This document shows positions 57,197 through 64,000 of a DNA stretch of 64,000 bases, piece by piece. The notes below the pieces were generated by a model that saw nothing but the letters and a program-made list of their open reading frames with translations, did no database searches and had not been told where the DNA came from. Both the position numbers and the translations under genes were made by a program. Numbering within the stretch: the first letter of the stretch is position 1; the number at the start of each line of letters is the position of its first letter. The stretch spans positions 40,435 through 104,434 of the forward strand of contig DIEX01000011.1 in NCBI GenBank assembly GCA_002418835.1, in the 5' to 3' direction. This DNA comes from Spirochaetia bacterium UBA5763. Lineage in GTDB: Bacteria; Spirochaetota; UBA4802; UBA5550.

Positions 57197-59452
57197 TTAC
57201 TCAACAGCCGGGAGGTATATATGGAAAACAGTTCCTCTCCCCTGCTCTGACTCTACCTCAATCAGGCCTTCATGCCTTGTTATAATTGTATTAACAATGG
57301 CAAGCCCAAGGCCGTTCCCCTCTTTTTTTGTTGTAAAGAAAGGATCAAAAATAGTCTCCAGGTGTTCTTTGTCAATACCGGGGCCATTATCACGTACAGA
57401 TAAACGCCAGATATATCCTTCCGGAGAAGTGAGAGGTTTATCCCCTGTTTCTGTTTTTTCAAGTTTTAGTTCAATTTTTCCCGGCACATCTAACCTCTGA
57501 TTATCCTGCTTTATAGCCTCAGCGGCATTGACTATAAGATTAAGAATAACCTGCTCAAGCTGTGTGCGATCTCCAAATACATATGAATTACCACTGCCGG
57601 CATCAAATGTACATTCAACGTCCTTAATTGTTGCTGCCGCCAGACCTGACACTTCAGAGATAATAGTCCCCAGGTCAACTTTTACATGTTCAAACCTGCT
57701 GCCTTTTGAAAATGACATGAGGTTTTTCACAAGCCCGGCAGCCTTCTCACCAGATGTCCTGATGATATTCAGATGAGACTGTATCTCATTTATGCCGGTT
57801 TCACCTCCGCTTTTCAATATTACATCGAGATAAGAGGCTGTACTTACTATTCCTGATATTATATTGTTGAAGTCATGTGCAAGCCCTCCGGCCATTGTAC
57901 CCAGGGCTTCAGCTTTTCTGGCCCTGTCAAGCTGCTCCTCTTTTTTCGCGAGCTCAGTAACATCATCAATTCTAAGTATAACGCCTGTTATCTGCTCTTT
58001 ACTGAAGGGGAAAATGTAAATGTTCTTAACATAAACATCCTCCCTCCCGTTTCTTTCAACGATAAAGTTTTCACCGTAAAGTTCGGCTTTAATCCTCTTC
58101 TGACGCACATCTTCACATTTTGCCCTGTATTTATAAAGCTGAGGTATGGCATCCCATAAAGTCAGCCCTGTCGCCTCTGATGATGAAAGACCTGAAATTT
58201 TTTCAGTTTCCCTGTTCCACTGAATAATTCTGTCTTTGTCATTAATCGAAATGAGGGCTGATGGCATAGAATCAATTATATCATTTACGAAAGCTGTTAT
58301 CTCGCGCAGCTGTTCATTGGTTCTGTTTATTTCACCTGTTCTCTGCTGAATAGTTCTGGTCATCATGTTGATATTTGATGTTATATCAGAAATTTCATCG
58401 CCATAATTATCATCTATTGCTATACTATAATCGCCGTTTTTTATCCTCTTAAGGCTTTCAATAATATTATGAATCCGTTTGATGAACATATCATTCATCT
58501 TCATTGTCGATATCAGGAAAATGACCGCAGTGATTATTATACAGGAGAAGAGTGAGTATAAAATTATTCTTCGCATATACTGTGAAAGTATTGAAACATC
58601 ATAAACAAGCTCCGCATAAACAGGCGTTGTGCGGTTGAACATATACTTATTCATTTTTATCTTGTGGTAAACACTGATCCTGTTCTCCTTTTCCACGACT
58701 GCTTCCCCTTGCGTGGTAATAGTTCTGACAAGATCTTTGTCAAGTTCAAGCTTCTTCCCCGAATTAATCAGAGACCAGCTGACACCCCCGGCAATTGAGT
58801 ATATATCGATAGATATAAGATATTCGTTATAAAAATTTTTAAACATATCACTGAAGAGGAATTCATAAAGGGCAAAATTGTATTTTTCATTAACAAAGCT
58901 CTGCACATCCATTGACACTTCATAGATAATTCTGCTCCCCCTGGGGGAAAAATACATATAATGATTAATCTTCCCTTCTTTAATTGATACAGAAATCCCC
59001 TGTGAAATAATCTCGCTGCGTCCGTATATTGAACTAATGTAGCGTGTGAATGAAGGGCTGATATTCATAAGATTGAGCCCGATCTCAGATTTCAGTGATG
59101 AGTTAAAAACGCTCCCCTCTGAATTAATGAAGTAGATATCACCCACTCCATATCTTTTGGCCATTGATTTAAGTGTAACAGGGGAGACCTTCCCGGCTGA
59201 TCCCGCATTGCTGATATCTCTATGAATTGAGTAAAGGGCTTTTCTCCCTGTACTGTCCATCTGTTCTTCTATTGAATGGAGAATACTCTGGTACTGTTCC
59301 AGCTGTTTTTCAATGCGTATGATCTTCTCTTCCCTGTTTTCACGGAGAACCGTCTTTACGAAATCATACGAGAACCGTCCTATGATAATGGATATCACAG
59401 CAGCAGTTATTACTATAACTGCCAGAAGCAGTTGAAAGAGCCTTTTTCGCAT
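57197..59452 (-). CDS. Sensor histidine kinase (periplasmic sensor domain, HAMP, PAS, HisKA, HATPase)
   Basis: 751 aa. H-box GGLAHDFNNIISGI, G-box GNGLGLA. Two TM helices flank a ~270 aa extracytoplasmic domain. No receiver domain. Confidence 0.85.
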   Translation of the reverse strand: MRKRLFQLLLAVIVITAAVISIIIGRFSYDFVKTVLRENREEKIIRIEKQLEQYQSILHSIEEQMDSTGRKALYSIHRDISNAGSAGKVSPVTLKSMAKRYGVGDIYFINSEGSVFNSSLKSEIGLNLMNISPSFTRYISSIYGRSEIISQGISVSIKEGKINHYMYFSPRGSRIIYEVSMDVQSFVNEKYNFALYEFLFSDMFKNFYNEYLISIDIYSIAGGVSWSLINSGKKLELDKDLVRTITTQGEAVVEKENRISVYHKIKMNKYMFNRTTPVYAELVYDVSILSQYMRRIILYSLFSCIIITAVIFLISTMKMNDMFIKRIHNIIESLKRIKNGDYSIAIDDNYGDEISDITSNINMMTRTIQQRTGEINRTNEQLREITAFVNDIIDSMPSALISINDKDRIIQWNRETEKISGLSSSEATGLTLWDAIPQLYKYRAKCEDVRQKRIKAELYGENFIVERNGREDVYVKNIYIFPFSKEQITGVILRIDDVTELAKKEEQLDRARKAEALGTMAGGLAHDFNNIISGIVSTASYLDVILKSGGETGINEIQSHLNIIRTSGEKAAGLVKNLMSFSKGSRFEHVKVDLGTIISEVSGLAAATIKDVECTFDAGSGNSYVFGDRTQLEQVILNLIVNAAEAIKQDNQRLDVPGKIELKLEKTETGDKPLTSPEGYIWRLSVRDNGPGIDKEHLETIFDPFFTTKKEGNGLGLAIVNTIITRHEGLIEVESEQGRGTVFHIYLPAVE

Positions 59453-59607
59453 TTATCAACACACCATTGAAATAATCATATATACGTTACAGGAGAGCAT
59501 AACCCCTGGTAAATGTTCATCTTTTGAATATTCCTGTATTTTTGCGGGCAGCAGACCATAATATATTTATATCATATATTATATCAAGGTCAACATAAAA
59601 AATGCAG

Positions 59608-62436
59608 TTAAAAATCGTTCCTGGCAATAACTACAGATGAGTTAATCAGGCTTACCTTGTATTTTATGCCGCAGTAATCACGGTGTTCTTTAAGGAGAGA
59701 TTCCATTTCTGTGCGGGCTTTGAGTATTTTGTTTCTGATACGGGTGATTACGCTTCTCATATCCTTGCCGTACCACTTCATCTGGCTTTCATGCAGGTCG
59801 AGTTTCTCTTCAAGTTCTTTGATCTGCTTTGTGTAAGATTCTTTGATCTTTTCTATTTCAGGATCTATCTGTATATCAATATTTTCATTAAGGTCAAAAA
59901 GTCTGTCATTGATACGTTCCATGATCTTTACCCTGGCAGCATCGAAACAGCATGATACGTTACACCTCACATTCTCAATTGCACCATAATGTTCAGACAG
60001 AGGGATATTGTGCATAAAATCATGATCCATAAACTGCTCTTCAATTCTCTTAACTTCATACTCAGAAAGTACCGACCCCTTTTCAACAAGTACCGGAAAA
60101 AACTGATGTGTAACTGAAGCTGAAGTAAATTCGACAAGGTAGTTAAAAATCATTCCATCAAAAGGTGTATCGCTCTTCATGAAAATCACACCGGACTCAC
60201 CTCCGAAACAGTCGCTGTTGCAGTAATCGATGATCCTGTCAACTGTGCTGTGCCCGAAAGCCAGAAACTCAAGGCTTTCGTCCTCCAGCGCCCTCTCGCT
60301 GTCAAATGTGCCGTATCTGATCTGGGAGTCATCACCTGAACCGGAGAAGACCCTGTAAAGTCCCGCTCTGCTGTTTTTCTTTGAAATCAGACCCTGCGCA
60401 TAAGAATCCTCATCCATGAAATCACTTATAAATTTTTCAATCCGCCGGTTTGTGAAACTGCGATCTTTCAGGGTAACCTTGTAGTAGTCATCATAATTAA
60501 AATCCATACGCCCTGCCACAGTCAGTTCAGAAAGTTTTTCAAAGCTCTGCCGCGCGTTCTCTATTCTGTCAGAGAGCTCAGACTCAACATCCTTCTTCTT
60601 CTTTCTTCCGGTGGCAAGTTCCATGAAAAGTGTATTAAGATTAACCTCATCTTCAATCTGACCCAGCATAATGTCAGGTGTGCCTATGGACTCCTCAAAT
60701 ATCTTAAGCTTCTCAGTGAGTACTTCAAGTACACGCTCCGCCACAGTCCCCCGTGTAGAGAAGTTATATATATGCACATCATTGGGCTGTCCGAATCTGT
60801 GAATACGGCCGATCCTCTGTTCTATCTTCAGCGGTGACCACGGCAAATCATAATTTATGAGAATGTCGCAGAACTGCATATTGCGCCCCTCTCCGCCCGC
60901 CTCTGTCGCTATTATGATCTCCACTTCATTCTTGAATTTGAGTATTGCCTCCTCCTTCTCGTCCCTGTTCATTGAGCCGTTAAAAGCGACCCTGCTGAAT
61001 CCGGAAAGAATGTCCATGAGGTAATCCTGTGTAGTCCTGAACTGCGTGAAAATCAGAAACTTTTCGTGCCCCTTTTTCTTTAAATCTTTTATGAGCCTTA
61101 CAAGCTTTTCACCCTTTTTGTTCGATTCGATCTGCGATGCGAGATTAACAAGCCGGTCGATAGTGAGTATCTCCAGCCTCAGTTCATCAATTGTCTTTTT
61201 AACAGTGAGTTCCGCATTCTCATCAAGTTCTTCAAGCTCAGATAATGTTTCATTATCAAAGCATCCGGTATTGAATTCCACGTATGCATTATTCAGAGAC
61301 TCGGCTTTAACCAGAAGATCTTTCAGCCGCGCAGACCTGTTCCTCAGTGCAACTAACAGAGCGTATGACGAAGAATCCAGGAGTTTCTGGAAAACAGTCA
61401 TTACAAATCCCACGGCACGGTTCTCAGACTGAAGAGCGCGGTTAAACTCCTCTGCCACGTATTTAGTTGTCTCGTCATAGAGGAACCGCTCGTCATCATA
61501 GAGATCAAACCTGATGGTGCGGGCATGGCGTTTTGTAAATCCTCCGACCTCGTTCTTGGTACGGCGGATTACAACCTGGTCCAGTTTTCTTTTAAGTTCA
61601 GAGAGGTCTGCTCCGTCAAGACAGAACTGGTTGTAGAATGACTGGTACGGCCCAAGTATATTTTTATCAACGAGTGCAATGAGATAGTAAAGTTCTTCAA
61701 GCTTTCCGCGGAAAGGGGTCGCCGAAAGAAGGAGGAGCGACTTTGTCCTGACCGCCACCTGCTCCGCCATACTGTATGCCAGTGTTGAACTGTTGGCGTC
61801 TCTCCTGAGCCTGTGTGCCTCATCAAAAATAACAAAGTCCCATGAGCAGTGAAGCAGATCCTCCTGGAAGTCCTTCCCCTTAATAAAGTCAAGAGAACAG
61901 ATCAGACGATCGTATACCTTCCAGGGATTCCCCCCTTCACCGGCAATCTGCGAAGCCTTCTTCAGAAGCTTCCTGTCCATGATTATAAATTTCTCGTTGA
62001 ATTTGCTCTCCATCTCATTCTGCCACTGGAAAAGCAGCGACGCAGGACAGATGATTATTATCCTTTTATAATTCTGCCTGTAGATCATCTCCTTGATCAC
62101 AAGACCCGCTTCAATAGTTTTACCAAGCCCCACCTCATCAGCAATGAGAAATCTCTGCTTGAATGAATTTACAATCCTGTGTGTGCTCTCCACCTGATGC
62201 GCTAAAATCCGGGTCCTGGAATTTGATAAAGAGAGTATTTTATTGTATGCATATGCAAGTTTTAATATAAATGACTCTGCTTTAAGTATAAACCTCCTGC
62301 CATGCGGCAACGGAGAGCTCTCGAAAAGTTCTCTGATGCGCCCCTCATTTTGTATGATCACCTCACCCGCCGGAATATTTTCATCCGGTTGATAAGTAAA
62401 GAGATCTGGCAGGATTAAATCCGCTTCAGTATTCAT
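59608..62436 (-). CDS. SNF2-family ATPase, RapA/HepA-like (RNA polymerase-associated remodeller-like)
   Basis: 942 aa. Motif I LIADEVGLGKTIEAG, DEAH-box (IFDEAHRL), helicase-C (LPWSPLKIEQRIGRIHRFGQ), and a ~330 aa C-terminal domain of unknown type. Confidence 0.75.
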   Translation of the reverse strand: MNTEADLILPDLFTYQPDENIPAGEVIIQNEGRIRELFESSPLPHGRRFILKAESFILKLAYAYNKILSLSNSRTRILAHQVESTHRIVNSFKQRFLIADEVGLGKTIEAGLVIKEMIYRQNYKRIIIICPASLLFQWQNEMESKFNEKFIIMDRKLLKKASQIAGEGGNPWKVYDRLICSLDFIKGKDFQEDLLHCSWDFVIFDEAHRLRRDANSSTLAYSMAEQVAVRTKSLLLLSATPFRGKLEELYYLIALVDKNILGPYQSFYNQFCLDGADLSELKRKLDQVVIRRTKNEVGGFTKRHARTIRFDLYDDERFLYDETTKYVAEEFNRALQSENRAVGFVMTVFQKLLDSSSYALLVALRNRSARLKDLLVKAESLNNAYVEFNTGCFDNETLSELEELDENAELTVKKTIDELRLEILTIDRLVNLASQIESNKKGEKLVRLIKDLKKKGHEKFLIFTQFRTTQDYLMDILSGFSRVAFNGSMNRDEKEEAILKFKNEVEIIIATEAGGEGRNMQFCDILINYDLPWSPLKIEQRIGRIHRFGQPNDVHIYNFSTRGTVAERVLEVLTEKLKIFEESIGTPDIMLGQIEDEVNLNTLFMELATGRKKKKDVESELSDRIENARQSFEKLSELTVAGRMDFNYDDYYKVTLKDRSFTNRRIEKFISDFMDEDSYAQGLISKKNSRAGLYRVFSGSGDDSQIRYGTFDSERALEDESLEFLAFGHSTVDRIIDYCNSDCFGGESGVIFMKSDTPFDGMIFNYLVEFTSASVTHQFFPVLVEKGSVLSEYEVKRIEEQFMDHDFMHNIPLSEHYGAIENVRCNVSCCFDAARVKIMERINDRLFDLNENIDIQIDPEIEKIKESYTKQIKELEEKLDLHESQMKWYGKDMRSVITRIRNKILKARTEMESLLKEHRDYCGIKYKVSLINSSVVIARNDF

Positions 62437-62540
62437 AGTTCAGAAGTATTAGAAATTGTCCCTGGAGGTTTTTCAGATGCGACATAATAGAACATATACA
62501 GGTTATGGGCAAGTATTTTTTTATGGGGGGGCTGGGTTGG

Positions 62541-62672
62541 GCTCTGACCCCGGTTTCCTTTTCTAATTTTCTAATGTCTGCCATATCTGTAAAAAACAAA
62601 ACATCGGCTCTGACCCTCCGTACCATAAAATGCTCATATTCCAAAAAAAAATCAAAATAATGCTCTGACCCC
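62541..62672 (+). repeat. Three direct copies of the 11-12-mer GCTCTGACCCC (62541, 62607, 62662) upstream of the transposase gene
   Basis: Seen directly. A fourth copy in inverse orientation (GGGGTCAGAGC) lies at 63350-63360. Confidence 0.6.
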
Positions 62673-62747
62673 AAAAAAAATTCAAAAATTTGAACGCCAG
62701 AATCGTATTAATAGCAGGAAGAACAAAAACTATATACGGAGAACCAA

Positions 62748-63338
62748 ATGCCACGACCTTTAAGAACAATCGCCCAGGGGGTAACTTATCATTGCTACAC
62801 CAGATGTCACGGAAAAAGAGATCTGCTCAAAAGCAGATACGGAAGGCGACATTTTATAGAAGCTGTTCAAATGTGCCAGGGAAAATATGTATTTGAACTT
62901 ATTGCCGCTGAAACTGTTGCAAATCATATACATCTTCTTATCAAAACCGTGGAGGATGAAGAAACAATCTCCCGGATAATGCAGTACATTAAGGCAAGAA
63001 TTGCCGAGAAATATAACAGGGCAACAGGTGAAACCGGTACTTTCTGGAATGAACGTTTCGGATCAACAATAATCGAAGAATCAGATAATCCCGAACAGTA
63101 CCTCCTATGGCTTTTATGGTATATAGGCTACAATCCTGTACGGAAAGGGCTGTCTCATGATCCCCGCAAGAATGAGATCGGTTTTATAAACTGTTATCTT
63201 GACGAAAACTTTAATTCACAAATAAAATTTACTCTACATGAATATTTTTACAATCTCGGGAACAGTTTCAGTATCCGTGTTAAAAGATTTCTGGAATATG
63301 AAGAAGCCTATCTGAAAAGGCTCGCTTTGTGGGTATAA
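62748..63338 (+). CDS. tnpA: IS200-like / REP-associated tyrosine transposase (Y1 HUH family)
   Basis: 196 aa. HUH motif NHIHLLI. Overall IS200-like arrangement (YHCYTRCH...FWNERFGSTII). GGAG RBS. A canonical catalytic Tyr is not obvious by eye. Confidence 0.65.
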   Translation: MPRPLRTIAQGVTYHCYTRCHGKRDLLKSRYGRRHFIEAVQMCQGKYVFELIAAETVANHIHLLIKTVEDEETISRIMQYIKARIAEKYNRATGETGTFWNERFGSTIIEESDNPEQYLLWLLWYIGYNPVRKGLSHDPRKNEIGFINCYLDENFNSQIKFTLHEYFYNLGNSFSIRVKRFLEYEEAYLKRLALWV

Positions 63339-63349
63339 GGATACGGTAT

Positions 63350-63360
63350 GGGGTCAGAGC
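63350..63360 (-). repeat. Inverted copy (GGGGTCAGAGC) of the GCTCTGACCCC repeat, downstream of the transposase
   Basis: Exact reverse complement of the upstream 11-mer. Confidence 0.6.
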
Positions 63361-63383
63361 CTGATTTTTCTCCTGCATAAAAA

Positions 63384-63399
63384 CCCCTGTTTCCAGGGG
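63384..63399 (-). terminator. Putative terminator of bfr
   Basis: CCCCTG-TTTC-CAGGGG hairpin followed on the minus strand by TTTTTAT. The 6 bp stem is weak. Confidence 0.4.
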
Positions 63400-63435
63400 C
63401 CTTTATGGGCTAAAAATTTAAAACAGGATTCACTC

Positions 63436-63906
63436 CTATTCTTTTACCTGTGTTGTAAGGAATATCTGGATCCCCATCTGTTCAATCTGATCCTTAATCT
63501 CCTCCAGTTTGTCAATATGAGCATCTTCATCCAGAAGAATACGATCCAGCATATCCTTGGTGGCGTTGTCACCGACCTCTGCAGCAAGTTTGATTGCATC
63601 GTTGTATGCTTTTATTGCGCCCTCTTCAGCATTTATATCGTTTGTCACCTGTTTAGTTACATCGGCTCCGATATTAATCTTATTAAGAGTCGTTACAACA
63701 GGAGTCCCTCCGAGGAAGAGAATTCTCCCGATTAACTGCTCAGCATGTTTCATTTCGTCAATTGCTCTCTTCTCAAACCCCTCATGGAGTTTAACATAAC
63801 CCCAGTCAGCACACATCTCAGAGTGAACCATGTACTGGTTTATTGCTGTCAGCTCATCCGCAAGCAGATAGTTCAGCATATCAATTAACTTCTGATTACC
63901 TTTCAT
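63436..63906 (-). CDS. bfr: Bacterioferritin
   Basis: 156 aa. N-terminus MKGNQKLIDMLNYLLADELTAINQY and ferroxidase ligands (E..ExxH x2) typical of Bfr. AGGAG RBS. Confidence 0.85.
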   Translation of the reverse strand: MKGNQKLIDMLNYLLADELTAINQYMVHSEMCADWGYVKLHEGFEKRAIDEMKHAEQLIGRILFLGGTPVVTTLNKINIGADVTKQVTNDINAEEGAIKAYNDAIKLAAEVGDNATKDMLDRILLDEDAHIDKLEEIKDQIEQMGIQIFLTTQVKE

Positions 63907-64000
63907 CTTTTTTCTCCTGCAAGTTTATATGTTATATGTTAATTTATATGCAAATAACAGGATAAGCAACCTTATTTTTTTAAAAACATGATGACAAAAA

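Larger units (their letters stand above)
62541..63360 (+). mobile_element. Candidate ~0.8 kb IS200/IS605-family (tnpA-only) or RAYT-type element delimited by inverted GCTCTGACCCC repeats
   Basis: A single Y1/HUH transposase ORF bracketed by inverted copies of the 11-mer. Size is consistent with IS200-like elements. Boundaries are inferred. Confidence 0.35.

Noticed and set aside
57051-57500. 149 aa plus-strand ORF at the 3' end of the histidine kinase gene
   Set aside because: It overlaps the confidently called minus-strand HK for ~300 nt. No RBS and a low-complexity translation.
59608-62436. SNF2 helicase as core of a DISARM/Zorya-type defence system
   Set aside because: No partner genes (methyltransferase, PLD nuclease, DUF1998, ZorABC) on either side. 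The core motifs are RapA-like, and the gene is flanked by a histidine kinase and an IS-like element.
62541-62672. Possible CRISPR-like array (repeated GCTCTGACCCC)
   Set aside because: The repeats are only 11-12 nt, the spacing is irregular (66 and 55 nt), there are three copies plus one inverted, and there are no cas genes. This is not a CRISPR array.
1-64000. tRNA, rRNA, tmRNA, SRP/RNase P RNA genes
   Set aside because: I scanned intergenic regions longer than 100 bp for cloverleaf-like or conserved motif sequences (for example the tmRNA 5' GGGGCTGATTCTGGATTCGAC and the SRP GGAAGCAGCC) and found none. An Infernal or tRNAscan run would be needed to be certain.

Overview
This 64 kb window is from a bacterial chromosome, probably an anaerobe, and is gene-dense. 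The chromosomal and anaerobic-lifestyle calls are inferred from gene content alone (V/A-type ATPase, tungsten-type aldehyde:ferredoxin oxidoreductase, Fe-alcohol dehydrogenases); all annotations rest on motifs recognised in the six-frame translations, since no searches could be run. Contents in order: an acyl-CoA synthetase; an oppFDCBA oligopeptide ABC operon (minus strand) and a potABCD polyamine ABC operon (plus strand), diverging from a shared intergenic region; rsmE; a Na+/solute symporter; an orphan family-3 solute-binding protein; a complete nine-gene V/A-type ATPase operon (G/H-like, C, I, K, F, E, A, B, D); an ECF sigma factor with a Cys-rich C-terminal extension plus a ferritin-like protein; three large PAS-containing sensor histidine kinases, two of them hybrids with receiver domains; an aldehyde-oxidation cluster (AOR, two Fe-ADH paralogues, a MoaD-like protein); two paralogous membrane-embedded AraC regulators bracketing a block of secreted and surface proteins (LprI/DUF1311-like, DUF1566-like, FN3/beta-barrel); a FecR-domain lipoprotein; a Cache/HAMP methyl-accepting chemotaxis protein; a PatB/MalY-type C-S lyase; PBP1A; a zinc-ribbon membrane protein; two tandem cupins; an envelope-stress-like module (CpxP/Spy LTXXQ proteins, a SHOCT protein, ECF sigma, anti-sigma); a RapA-like SNF2 ATPase; an IS200-like (Y1/RAYT-type) transposase flanked by short GCTCTGACCCC repeats; and bacterioferritin. 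No rRNA, tRNA or CRISPR array was recognised. The most interesting non-coding structures are two repeat families: a MITE-like element with nested inverted repeats (two copies, one inside the opp operon) and a 26-nt palindromic hairpin (two copies). I could not identify any canonical defence system or known novel-system signature.
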